A stretch of DNA of 26,792 nt from Macrostomum lignano. Its lineage: Eukaryota. Below the pieces are notes generated by a model. The model was given only the letters and a program-made list of their open reading frames with translations, made no database searches and was not told the DNA's origin. Every line of letters starts with the position of its first letter. Within the stretch, counting starts at the first letter, position 1. Shown piece by piece: positions 10,393-21,842 of this stretch. The DNA is taken from the NCBI GenBank assembly GCA_002269645.1, contig NIVC01001318.1, positions 1-26,792 on the forward strand. The letters run 5' to 3'. The position numbers and the translations under genes are program-made.

Positions 10393-10705
10393 TATACTAC
10401 TGAATTGAGAGTAGCTTAATACTGCATGTGCCTCACAATTTATTAGCTTGAGCTTAAAAATCAAGAAATTATACTACTTAATTGATAGTAGTTTAATGGC
10501 ACATGTATGGACTTATTAATGCTTCTCAGTAATCATTACAGCGGTTTAAAAATCTCAGAAGAGACTACACTACTTAACTGAAAGTAGTTTAATAGCACAT
10601 GCACGGAGTTATTTATGCTTCTCGGGAATCATTTCTACGAGTTTAAAAGTGCTAAAAGAGATAATACTACTTACTAAAATGAAAGTAGTTTATTAGCACA
10701 TGCGC
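10393..10705 (+). repeat. Degenerate ~77-97-bp tandem repeat (4 units) in an intron
   Basis: Units start near 10393, 10470, 10566 and 10663. All four carry (A)CTACT..AGTAG(T); units 2-4 continue TTWATWGCACATG. Confidence 0.7.
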
Positions 10706-10772
10706 ATAGTTTTTTATTCCTAATAATCGCACAATCGTTTTCTCCCTACCCTCACTGCCTTGTCTGCGCCAG

Positions 10773-10870
10773 CTGGAACGATCCCTTGAACCAGTCCGTG
10801 ACTGAACGAATTGTCAGCCAAATTGTTGCCACAACGCCTGACATTTCCGTGTCTCCAGACGACTGGCGAA
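10773..10870 (+). CDS. Uncharacterised protein, exon B (P|WNDPLNQSVTERIVSQIVATTPDISVSPDDWR)
   Basis: Pyrimidine-rich acceptor ...tgcgccag| at 10772 and donor |GTGAGT at 10871. Joins exon A in phase 2 without a stop. Not in the supplied ORF track. Confidence 0.72.
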
Positions 10871-11766
10871 GTGAGTGCAGCTCCATTTTGAATGTGCATA
10901 AAAATTATTGTGTGATTTGTATATAGATATTGAAACATTGGCGCGGTAGCATTTGCAGAGGTTTACAACCCCCAGTTACTGTTTCATTATTATTAATAAT
11001 AGTATTATTATTACTATCCTCATCCTCAAAATGAGAGCCTGATGCTCTCTTGACACACTGATGAAGCATTAATTGTATGAATTAATTAACTAATTAAAGC
11101 ATTAATTGGCCTGTTAACAATGCATAGTGCCGAGCATTAACAACAATAATAATTCCACTGCAAATTCTAATGACATTTAAGGTCAGTCAGTCTCTATGCA
11201 GTTCAGTGTTCCCACTACCTGCGGAAATTCCGCAATGCGGAATTTCTGGCTCGCCTGTGGAAAATCAAGAGGAATTTTGCAATCTGCGGAAATTTGGTTG
11301 CTCCGATTTTGCTCTGATATTTGAATATATGAGGAATTGAGGACACACTTTAGTTTTATACAATCTATATACTAAATATCTTATATATATATATATTTGT
11401 CAATATCTAGTATTTTCTATTTGTTGGAATTCTCCTTAATTATTTGTACACATTATACTACTGTTTAAAAGTTCATTTCTTTATTGATTGTAGTTCTTAG
11501 TTTAGTCTATGTTCCACCGCCACCCTCTTACTAGGAAACTTAGTTTTTCGCATAGAGCTAGAATGGAAATTGGAACCTAATGAGTCTGGAAGCGAGTTTA
11601 ATGAGTCAATACCAATAGTTAATTAAATAGATCAGGTTGGCTAGAAAGACTTTACAAAGTAGCTCAACTTATTTTTCAGCTTTGCTGCCTTTGCGACTTG
11701 CGTTTAACTCAATAAGACAATAACTGAAAAAATATTCTGAGAATACGCTCGTACCCTCGTAGTGAG

Positions 11767-14140
11767 ATGTCTCTAAGCAAGCCTCGTGCAACAGCATTTC
11801 GACATGAGTGGTTACAGCGATCCATTGATGGACGAGTCCTTAGCGAGTGGCTTCAGCCTGATCGAAGTGACGAACTGCTTGGCTTCTGCACCGTGTGCAA
11901 AAAATCATTTCACCTCGGCACTAGTGGGTTCGGCGCAGTTACAGCCCACGCCCAAGGCAAGAAGCACAAGAGTCGATTGCCAGTCATGAATGAGACTGGG
12001 ATAGCACACTTTTTTCCTACTCAAGGCAGCAAGCCATCTTTCACTGCCATGAAGAAGGCTGACGCAGAAGTGCTAATGGCAGAGCTGCGACTTGGAATCC
12101 ATTTTATTGAGCACAATATTGCGTACAATACAGCCGACCACTCGGGTGTGTACCCAGCTATGTTTCATGATAGCAAAATTGCTCAAGACATGAAGTGCCA
12201 TCGCACAAAACTGTGCTATCTTGTTAATCACGCTCTTGCACCAGTGATGCGTGATGAGATGATTCAAGACTTGAACTCTGGCTGCGGACTGTTTTCCCTT
12301 TCTATTGACGAGTCATCTGATGGGGCACGAAAGCACATGGCAGTTGTAATATCATTTGTGTCGTCGAAGAAGGGAAGGCTGTGTACAACTGCCTTGAAAA
12401 CAGTTGAAGTTTCTGACTGCTCAGCCGCTGCTCTGAAAGAGGAAGTTTTGAAGATTCTCGATGAATTCAACATTCCGATTAGGAACTGTGTTAGCATATC
12501 AACAGATGGACCAGCAGTTATGGTTGGAAAGTTTAACGGCTTCCAAAAAATAATGCATGACTTTGCATCTCATCTTGTTTCCATTGGACCATGCAGTTTG
12601 CATATTGTCTCCAATGCGGTTCGACGTGCATGTGAAGCCTTTGATGGAAATGTAGAGGACTTCGCTGATGAAGTGTTCTCCTACTTTCAGACCTCGAAAA
12701 GGTGGACGCGTTATAACAAAGTTCAGTCACTGCTTCAAGTGGCCCAGCATCGCATGTTGCGGCGCGTTGAAACAAGATGGGTGCAGCTTTTGCCTGTTGT
12801 TAATAGGCTTATTGAGCAATATGATTCTCTGGAAGAATTCTTTGTGAAGAATCCATCTCTGATTGAGCAAAAGACCAAAAAGACCAAAGAAATTGCTGAG
12901 CACCTAAAGTCGACGCATACACTGCTTAATCTGCAATTTCTGGCTGCTGTCTTGCCGCATCTAGACCAATTCGAGAAGGCATTTCAGACAGAGGAGCCGT
13001 GTGTCCATCTTTTGCATGGAGAAGTCCGCAATTTGTTTAGGCAGACTTTGTCATTCTTTTTAAATCCAGCGCACATTCAGGAGAACAATCGACATTTGAG
13101 AAATTTGTCGTTGGAAGGCAAATACTTCCTCTCTAATGAAGCCATCTTTATCGGCGAAGCAGCTAAAGAGACATTAAAAAAGGCTTGTCGGACACTCAAC
13201 AGAAGCTCTTTTTCCTACGTGTTCGCACCTTCTATCGTGAACTTGCATTGTACTTGCAAGAACATTTGCCTCTGTCGAATCCTGTCTTACGCTCGCTACA
13301 ATTTCTGGATCCGCAATATCCTATGAAAGTCGGTCTCGCAGCAGCTACTACATCGCTTGCTGCATGTAACCTAGCCAAACAAATGGAATATACACCTGAT
13401 TCCGTATCAAAAATTGATTCCGAATGGCGATGCTTCCTCGTTGACCAACAGGTAGTGGCTTTGGCTAAGGACAATGATGTGGTTACATTTTGGCTTCGCG
13501 TGTCAGCCCTAGAGCTTGGTGGTCAAAAAAAGTACGGCACACTAACCCGACTAGCTTTGGGTGCTCTGACCATTCAGCCAGGCAACGCTGCAGTAGAGCG
13601 AGTCTTTAGCGAGTTATCGGACTTGTTAACGAAAAAACGCAACAAGCTTGGTGAATTGTCTATTGATGCCTGCCTTTTTGTTCGACACTACATCCGCCAA
13701 TCTGGCTAGTTGGTGAGGAGCCTACAACCTGCGAAAACTTTCCATTGACAGACGTCTACGTTCAGTCTGCTGGGAAGGCTCGTTCAGTGTACATGGAATT
13801 CCTTCAACAGCAAAGAGATGCTGATAAGGCCAAGAAAGATGCACGGATTGCCGCTAAACAGTTGGAAGAGCAGCTTGCTGCTGAGATTGAAGTAAACAAG
13901 AAGAAGATGGAATTGGAGGCGGCTGAAAAAAAGTTGGCTGCAGAGCGTGAAATAATTGAAGCTGAGAAGCGAGCTGCTTCGGCTATGCTGCTCGAGTATC
14001 AGAAAAAAATGAGGACTTTAGAAGAGCGAGAGGCCAAAGCTCTACATGATGACGCCAAGCTGCTGAAGCGAAAGTTGAAGACTCAAGACGAGCTGGCTGC
14101 AGAAGCACTGAAAAAGGCCGCCAAGATGATATGCAAATGA
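11767..14140 (+). CDS. hAT transposase, ~790 aa, split by two apparent 1-nt deletions (~13177-13181 and ~13705)
   Basis: N-terminal zinc finger CTVC...HAQGKKH; catalytic motifs SIDES and STDG; CSLH (CxxH); ETRW; C-terminal GNAAVERVFS (catalytic E, dimerisation region); then a charged coiled-coil tail. ORFs 11767-13326, 13185-13709 and 13745-14140 join by adding one base at each of the two sites. Confidence 0.9.
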
Positions 14141-14200
14141 CTAGAAAACAGAACAATGGGGCGTACTAGTAACTAATAAGACAATGTCACGCGTCTTGAC

Positions 14201-14408
14201 TAGAGGTAGGATTGGATCCCGATCACAAAAGCCTGGATCCTGGCCAAACTCATGATCATGATTCTGAAATTATTTTGAGATCCCATCCAACCATCTTATA
14301 TATTCATATCTTTAAATGCTGAAACCTGAAATTCAATCATGAATTGCAATCCCGATTCCCGAAATTAGGAATCCCAATCCCAAAAATCTTCATCCTGTCC
14401 AATCTCTA
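14201..14408. mobile_element. Nested 208-bp non-autonomous hAT-type MITE
   Basis: Imperfect TIRs (left TAGAGGTAGGATTGGA; right, reverse-complemented, TAGAGATTGGACAGGA). 8-bp TSD GTCTTGAC (14193-14200) / GTCTTGGC (14409-14416), 7/8 match. Internal ATCCC/TTCCC short repeats. Confidence 0.75.
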
Positions 14409-15104
14409 GTCTTGGCAGCAGTCTAATTAATAAGCAAAGTATTGTATCTCTAGTAGTTAACTTTACTTAATTAGTTTTACTTTTATTAACAGTTGAATAG
14501 AACCTAAAGAATGTTTAATGCTTGTAGTTGTAACTAAATAGCAGTTGTGCCTGTGTGTCACGTGACACGTCAAATCTTTTCCGTAAAGTGCAAACATTGA
14601 GCCAGCCATTGTTTTTTCGTTAAAGTAGAATAAAAAGAACTTTTTGCCATCCACAGCCAATGTGATGGTTGACAACTTGATTGTAAACTGGAAGTCTAGA
14701 ATACATTGACTTAGACTTGCTTACTTATTTTGAGTTTAAAAAAATGCTTGTTCAAAAGTTTTTTTCCATAGTTTTGTTGAAAATCTTATCATATTTAATA
14801 GGTTAAGCTATCTGCGGAATTTTCTTTAGGCTGCGGAGGAAAAATGGGTAGATTGGAGTGGGAACACTGATGCAGTTCTAAAGCCTATTTGCATTTTTGC
14901 AGCCTAAATGTATGGAAAGCATCTTTTGGATCTCTATTTAGCAGCCTTGATATTGATAGATTGACATTGAAAGGAGAGGATTTTGATGGAATTCAGTTTC
15001 ATGAAAAGAATTTGATATATAAATTTCTGTTTCACAGAGACAATTTCGATGGCTTACAGTTTCCCAAAGAAAATTTTGATAGATTTCTGTTTTAGGGAGG
15101 GATT

Positions 15105-15385
15105 TTAAACATAGAGAGAAAAAAGAGAAAATATGAGAAAAGAGGGGAGAAAAGATATAGTAGTAAAGACAAAAGACCAGGGAAAAGAGATAATAAGGTA
15201 GCAGAGATGAGAGGAGAGAGAAGCAAGAGGAGAAAGGAAAGAGGAGAGAGATAAAAGATCAGAGATGAGAGAGTTAAGATAAGAAAGTAGTGAGGAGAAG
15301 AGAGATGAAAGATGCAATGAGAAAAGATATGAGTAAGAAAATAAGAGAGAGAAAAGATTAGAGATTAGAGATGATGATGAGAGTT
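15105..15385 (+). repeat. GA-rich low-complexity polypurine tract
   Basis: Almost entirely A/G with AGAG/GAGAT motifs. It explains the L/S-rich minus-strand ORF. Confidence 0.9.
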
Positions 15386-16753
15386 AGAGTTGGTATATAA
15401 TATAGTTGTTGGCATACAAAAGACTAAAATATTGTAATGTAAGAAAGGGTCTTGTATTATCACAATGCAAAAAAGGTCCTTTAGTGTCACAATGCAAAAA
15501 GGTCTTTTATTGTTGCAACACTATTTGATAATGTCCAGTGTATAGATCACAAGTAAATTAGTTTTGTTAGCATAAATTTGAGTTTATAGTAAAGGGGTCT
15601 TTTTTCCAACATACTTTGTAACAGATTTGAGTGTTGGACTAGGTGAGAAAGTGCTTCACTTTGCCACTCTACACCACACTTCTTGCCACTTTGTGACACT
15701 ATGCCATACCTCCCACTACCTCCTGCTACTTTGCTATATTATGCTGCACCTCCCATTGCTTTGGTGTACCTAGCCATATCTCGTTGCTTTGCCATATCAT
15801 GCTGTACCTTTTGCCACTATGCACTGTGCAATGCCACACTGCATTGCACTAGGCTGATCCACACTGGATGCTGTCTATCAAAATGCCTATGCACCGCAAT
15901 TGGGATTAGGCCAAACATATATATGCTATATTTCAAATCGAAAGCTATACAAATCAAAAGCTAAAATGGAAGCTATTTTTCAAAGCATTCATGTCTTTAA
16001 TTTAAAGCTGTTTTGCTTATAATTTTAAATATCAAAAGAACTAAAAGATGATTAGATAAGATTAGATTTATTTATAAAAAATGAATTTTATGTCGATAAT
16101 TGTATTTTCTAAGAATTAGTTCCTATTTTTGAGTAGGCCTAGGTCTAGTTTTGATATAAACTTTGTATGTATATTAAATCTACTAAGAAATTTGGGCTTA
16201 AGATTAAGTATGTACAAAATATAGTTTATCCAATTAAAAGATAAAGAATTTTTAAGAATTAGGGAAAATATTTTTTAAAACTAACTAATTCAATTTTATG
16301 ATATATAAAACAAAAATTAAAAAAATGTAACTAAGCCTAAACTAAAGTAAATAAGTTATATTGCTTTTTTTAGAAAAGTACAATATACTACATTAGCTGT
16401 TAAAATTTTAAGTTATGCATGTTTAGCACTTTAGGCTTAAAAATAAGAAAAATTGATACTTAAAAATTAGAGGAAAGATATTAATTTTAAATTTGAGAAG
16501 TCATTCTTGTAATTTTACAGTTCTAGGAGTATATAAACTTGTACAAGATGCATGAAATATTATATGAATTAAATTAAAATTACTATAGCTATACCTAAAA
16601 GCATATTTTACAAAAGCCTTTTTGAACTAGGTTTTCAAATGCCATAGATATCAGATATATGCATGTATATTGTTTCAACTATATAGGCCTAAAGCAGTAG
16701 AAGTTTTTAACAATAGTATGTGTTAATTGCATATTAATTATTTTCCATTTTAG

Positions 16754-16821
16754 ATATTGGCAAACCATTCTTTGGATGCTACCTTCTCTTGCTAAGTATG
16801 CTGCCTACCATTCGCAGATAT
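16754..16821 (+). CDS. TMEM209: TMEM209 homologue, internal exon (YWQTILWMLPSLAKYAAYHSQI)
   Basis: ttttccattttag| acceptor and |GTAAGT donor. Phase-compatible with the next exon. Confidence 0.7.
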
Positions 16822-16917
16822 GTAAGTTAGGCTTTTGGCTTTGACTTTTTGTTTCTTTTGCCCGATCTCAGTTGTCCTATTGATATTAATACTCATTAAC
16901 ACTTTTTATTAATGCAG

Positions 16918-17055
16918 GCTTAGCTATCATTGTCTTGCTTGCTTGGAATGTGCTCAACTTCAGCATCCGCTATTTGCATTGCTGCTACAAGCTTAGTGGC
17001 AAATTTGTTGTTGCTACTGAAGAGGAAAAACTTGACTTATCTAGAAGCTTTCGTG
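16918..17055 (+). CDS. TMEM209: TMEM209 homologue, transmembrane exon
   Basis: aatgcag| ... |GTAAGA. CLAIIVLLAWNVLNFSIRYL...KFVVATEEEKLDL resembles the recalled vertebrate NALFDFWRYF...LVVSPGQQTLLGL. Confidence 0.78.
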
Positions 17056-17136
17056 GTAAGAAAACTGGTCATTTTCATTATTAATGCATTATTTATTCAG
17101 GTATAATCTTCTTTGTGAGAATCATCATTTAGTTCA

Positions 17137-17933
17137 GTTGAGACCACTGCTCAATATTAGTTGAGGACCACTGCTCAATATTAGTTGAGGACGACTGCTC
17201 AATATTAGTTGAGGACGACTGCTCAATATTAGTTGAGGACCACTGCTCAATATTAGTTGAGGACCACTGCTCAATATTAGTTGAGGACCACTGCTCAATA
17301 TTAGTTGAGGACCACTGCTCAATATTAGTTGAGGACCACTGCTCAATATTAGTTGAGGACCACTGCTCAATATTAGTTGAGGACCACTGCTCAATATTAG
17401 TTGAGGACCACTGCTCAATATTAGTTGAGGACCACTGCTCAATATTAGTTGAGGACCACTGCTCAATATTAGTTGAGGACCACTGCTCAATATTAGTTGA
17501 GGACCACTGCTCAATATTAGTTGAGGACCACTGCTCAATATTAGTTGAGGACCACTGCTCAATATTAGTTGAGGACCACTGCTCAATATTAGTTGAGGAC
17601 CACTGCTCAATATTAGTTGAGGACCACTGCTCAATATTAGTTGAGGACCACTGCTCAATATTAGTTGAGGAACACTGCTCAATATTAGTTTAAGACTACT
17701 GCTCAAAGTTAGTTAAGGAACACTGCTCAATATTAGTTGAGGACCACTGCTCAATATTAGTTGAGGACCACTGCTCAATATTAGTTGAGGACCACTGCTC
17801 AAAGTTAGTTAAGGAACACTGCTCAATATTAGTTTAAGACTACTGCTCAATATTAGTTTAAGACTACTGCTCAATATTAGTTAAAGACTACTGCTCAATA
17901 TTACTCGTAGTTAAGGCCAGTGGTCAATATTAG
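17137..17933 (+). repeat. 24-bp minisatellite (TTGAGGACCACTGCTCAATATTAG), ~33 copies, in a TMEM209 intron
   Basis: Near-perfect tandem repeat; source of the (LILSSGPQ)n minus-strand ORF. Confidence 0.98.
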
Positions 17934-17963
17934 ATAAGCAACACTATTTTGGTCTACTTAAAG

Positions 17964-18398
17964 ACCACAGCTACTCACAAATCTACTCAACGCCAACCAT
18001 CTCTCAGGCACAGCAGCATCCAGCCTTGTAACGGTGAGACGGCTGGCCTCTCCATCATCGCCTCAGAAGTCTCCGTCTACTCCGCCATCTCTTCTGTTGC
18101 CATCCTCATCGCCCAGCAGCCCACTATTAAAATCGGTTTACCTGCCATCGGCCACGCCAGCGCCCGCCAGACTGCAGCAGTCCCATCGCCAGCTAAGCAG
18201 CGGCGGCAGCGGATCTGGTGGTAAACAGACCCAGATGTCAAAGCACCATCAAGATTATCGCCTAGGCTGCGCAGCTGGATTATTGAATAATAATCGTCAT
18301 CAGCAACAATTGCCGGCCGCAGCTGCCGCCAACCGCAGCTTCGGTGGCGTCTCCTCGTCTGGTTCAGGCGATTTGTCCGCTTATTTTTCTCCGCCTAG
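17964..18398 (+). CDS. TMEM209: TMEM209 homologue, Ser/Pro-rich exon (5' boundary and frame uncertain)
   Basis: The frame of ORF 18034 gives SPSSPQKSPSTPP...QLSSGGSGSG, matching the Ser/Pro-rich linker. Donor AG|GTTAGT at 18398. Joining to the previous exon needs a 1-nt indel or another splice site. Confidence 0.7.
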
Positions 18399-18499
18399 GT
18401 TAGTCAGAAAAGTGTTTGCCTTGTTTTAACCACAGATACTAGAATAATTAGTTGTGCCACTCGCAATTAACCTTGTAAACAAAAGTAGAGTCTACTCTA

Positions 18500-18925
18500 G
18501 TTCAGCCAATGGGAGAGCAGTAAGGAGAGAGGTCCAAGTCAGACGGATGAAACTCTGTTTAGGGGGGAGGCCCAATCTAGCTCAGCCAATGAGAGAGCAG
18601 TAAGGAGAGAGGTGCAAGTCAGACGGACGAAGCTCAGCCTAGGGACAGGCCCAATCTAGCTCAGCCAATGGGAGAGCAGTAAGGAGAGAGGTCCAAGTCA
18701 GACGGACGAAGCTCAGCCTAGGGGACAAGCCCAATCTAGCTCAGCCAATGGGAGAGCAGTAAGGAGAGAGGTGCAAGTCAGACGGACGAAGCTCAGCCTA
18801 GGGACAGGCCCAATCTAGCTCAGCCAATGGGAGAGCAGTAAGGAGAGAGGTCCAAGTCAGACGGACGAAGCTCAGCCTAGGGACAGGCCCAATCTAGCTC
18901 GTAGTTCAGCCAATGAGAGAGCAGC
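18500..18925 (+). repeat. ~80-bp minisatellite, ~5.3 copies, in a TMEM209 intron
   Basis: TCAGCCAATG recurs at ~18502, 18582, 18661, 18741, 18820 and 18906. Confidence 0.95.
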
Positions 18926-19021
18926 AAGCCAGAGGCGATTTTTACAGCTTCAAAAACTTTAACTATTGGAAAGGCAAAAAACACTACTGTTGGTACTAAC
19001 TTTACTACTTCTGCTTTACAG

Positions 19022-19713
19022 AAATCTTTCTGCTCTGTCAGCCTCGTTGCTTCTTGGCGGCAACAGCGGCCCGTCCGCGCATCATCCCGGCAGCCCTCTG
19101 CAGCATCCGGCAGCTGGACAGTCGCCTCATCTGGACGATTACAGCTATCTGTCCCGCCTGCGCTACCAGCTCGGCACTCCGTCGCCTTCTAATCGTCGGT
19201 CATCTTCTTCGACTGGACTAACTCGCAATTCAACTGCGCCAAACTTATCGCCTTATCCGGCTGAGTCTATTCTCAGCTTGATGTCGCCTCCAACTGATGC
19301 TGAACCAAGTCAGCAACAGCAGCAGCAAGTTGCCCAGCAACAGCAGCGTCACTGGAATCGACTCAGTCCTGAGCACACTATTCGACTATTAGGCATTGAT
19401 CGCGAATTGGACTGCACTCCCAGAGGCCTTGACAAATGGTTGCAGGGCATTCGAGCTTGGCTGCACGGTACCCTGATTGAGCCTCTGAGCAGGGATATCG
19501 AGCGGGTTAATGCTCGGCTTAGGGAGGCTGGAGCTTCATCCGAGATGCTAATAGGGCAAGCCAGTCTGTCCAACTTCAAGCTGTTATTAATAACGTTTCG
19601 GCTAATGCCGCCACCGCTGCGCCTTGGACTCGAGCTCTGACACCGCTGATGCCCTACCTGCAGGCCTGCGATGATCAGGGTTACCTGGTTAGACGGTTGG
19701 CTGAACTGGCTAG
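19022..19713 (+). CDS. TMEM209: TMEM209 homologue exon (apparent 1-nt deletion at ~19570)
   Basis: TACTAAC branch point (~18994-19000) and ctgctttacag| acceptor. LDKWLQGIRAWLHGTLIEPLSRDIERVNARLREAG..MLIGQASL, then after the shift LMPYLQACDDQGYLVRRLAELA, matches the conserved TMEM209 domain. Donor AG|GTGGGG. Confidence 0.88.
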
Positions 19714-19883
19714 GTGGGGCTGGGGCTCGGTTTTTGCTGGATTTGGTAGATTGTGTCTAGAGTTGGTTGAGTTGCAGGTGGATTAGTAGTTTTGGTCGAT
19801 GGTTAACCTTAGCAGTTGGTTTGGTAAATTGGGTAGAGTGGGCTGGTAGGTTCGGCATATTTATTCGAGTAGTGGATTTTGAT

Positions 19884-20310
<427 letters not shown>

Positions 20311-20369
20311 TGTCTATGACCATACACAGATATTTGTCTTAGCAGAGCCCTCTCTACTCTACCATGCAG

Positions 20370-21048
20370 CCTGCCCTGTCTGGGTGCCTACCGCTGGGAC
20401 TCGGGCTCGCCTGACCGCTGGGTGTCGGAGCGCCACCCCCAGACGCCCGCCTGCTGATGTCGCTGCTGTCAGCGTACCTGGACCGCTGCCTGCCGCCTCT
20501 GCCCGGCAACCGGCAGCCATTCAGTTCCGTGTTTTTGGCTTCAACATCTTTAGCAGCTTCTGGTAGCAGCGCTTCGGTGGCATCCTCGACGCCCGATCGT
20601 CAGCAAGCAGATTCGCAGTTGGCAGCAACAGCGGGACCTTCAGCTGGACCGTCGGGTTCTGTCGGCAAAACCGACATCGATTCAAAGTTTTCGACAGCCG
20701 CTTCAGCCGGAGTTGAGCTGAGAATATTCCCAGCCTCACGGCAGCCGCCTCATTATCAGCTGTTGCTTAGCAACCAGCCAACTGAGCAGAAGCAGCAACT
20801 CACTCTGTTGGATATTGCTTCTGGGAGCAGAAATTTCTTCTACTCCGTGTTGTTCTTCTTTTATTAACTATTATAGTCGCAGAGGCGGCCGGCTAAGGCA
20901 GGTGTCGCTAGGCGAGAGCGGATTAAACCTGGATTGGATATTCAGCGGCAGAGGTGGCGCCGCCGCAGGCCTGGATATCGAGGATCTGCTGCTGTCATCA
21001 AGTCTGGAACGCGACGGTGTTGGCTCGGCGGCTTCTGGGAAAGTTTAG
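20370..21048 (+). CDS. TMEM209: TMEM209 homologue, last exon (apparent 1-nt deletion ~20440, 1-nt insertion ~20860)
   Basis: catgcag| acceptor. S|LPCLGAYRWDSG, DARLLMSLLSAYLDRCLPP, PPHYQL, GSRNFFYSVLFFF and GRLRQVSLGESGLNLDWIF correspond to the recalled vertebrate CMSSFRWNRG, DSAIIMHVFCTYLDSRLPP, PPHYEL, GRNNMFHTLLMF and GMLGRVNLGLSGVNILWIF. Confidence 0.9.
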
Positions 21049-21084
21049 TTTGTTAGTTTTGTATGAAGACTGGAAATGTTTAGT

Positions 21085-21470
21085 GGCTCCTTGGTTTACT
21101 TTCTAAGAATTAATCTGAAGTATTTTTTGTAACTTATAATACGATATTATAACCTTAACTGTTTGTTTGGGAAATGTCTGCAAACCACCTCCCTGATATA
21201 CTCTCTAAGAATCATCTGGAAATACTTTCTAAGAATCAGCTCCCTGAAATACTTTCTAAGAATCAGCTCTCTGGAATACTTTCTAAGAATACGCTCGTAC
21301 TTTCTAAGAATCAGCTCGTACTTTCTAAGAATCAGCTCGTACTTTCTAAGAATCACCCTGATATACGCTCGTACTTTCTATGAATCGCTCCTACAGCAGT
21401 GTTAAAAGTTGCCTTTAAACTATTCAGTTTCTAAGAATTGACTCTAATCTGCTTTCTAAGAATAATCCCT
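21085..21470 (+). repeat. 21-27-bp minisatellite with core TACTTTCTAAGAATCAGCTC
   Basis: The core TTTCTAAGAAT recurs about a dozen times; the most regular part is ~21200-21385. Confidence 0.88.
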
Positions 21471-21842
21471 AAACTTACTGTGAGTAATGAGGTGTAGTTT
21501 TTGCAAACTGCTGGTTGAAACTGTATTTTTTTACTTATAATAAAAGTATGGCACCCGACTGTTGTGTTTAATGTTGTTGAAAATTCGTTAAGTGTTTGCT
21601 GTCGTACAACTACTACTGTTCATCTTATGCGTATTATACTGCATGTTACCCCATGAAAGCATTTTCGTAAATACGTAATATTGCACTTGTACCTGCAACA
21701 TGTCTTTATTATCAACATCTGGTTGCTATGAAAAAATATAATAATATATGCATAATTTTACCAAGTTAAAAAAACTTTCGTAACAAAAGATATATTTTTT
21801 AGCTTTAGTTCATCAGTTTTTATCGAAATGGCTGCTACCCAA

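Larger units (their letters stand above)
11204..14869 (+). mobile_element. Full-length hAT-superfamily DNA transposon (3,666 bp)
   Basis: Perfect 13-bp TIR CAGTGTTCCCACT (11204-11216) / AGTGGGAACACTG (14857-14869). Perfect 8-bp TSD ATGCAGTT (11196-11203 and 14870-14877). Subterminal TGCGGA repeats at both ends and an internal transposase. Confidence 0.96.

Noticed and set aside
10950-10995. Candidate terminal exon of the unknown gene (acceptors at 10949 or 10958)
   Set aside because: Weak pyrimidine tract, and the short peptide (..VYNPQLLFHYY*) does not continue the domain convincingly.
10870-11767. Host-transposase fusion by splicing donor 10871 to the acceptor at 11679
   Set aside because: That junction is out of frame with the transposase and reaches TAA within about 15 codons.
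14889-15095. 68-aa ORF as the first TMEM209 exon
   Set aside because: No usable donor and no convincing similarity to the TMEM209 N-terminus.
15683-15964. 93-aa ORF
   Set aside because: Low-complexity, degenerate-repeat-like sequence with no ATG at the listed start and no splice support.
17134-17706. (LILSSGPQ)n 190-aa ORF; likewise the repeat ORFs at 19757-20327, 21147-21405, 22862-23951, 24256-24444, 25306-25954 and 26285-26724
   Set aside because: Stop-free frames of intronic or intergenic tandem repeats, inside introns defined by conserved flanking exons.
19714-19745. Continuation of the TMEM209 exon (RWGWGSVFAGF) to a later donor
   Set aside because: Splicing at 19713 to 20370 gives a gap-free match (ELASLPCLGAYRW versus recalled ELSQGGCMSSFRW), so the earlier donor is preferred.
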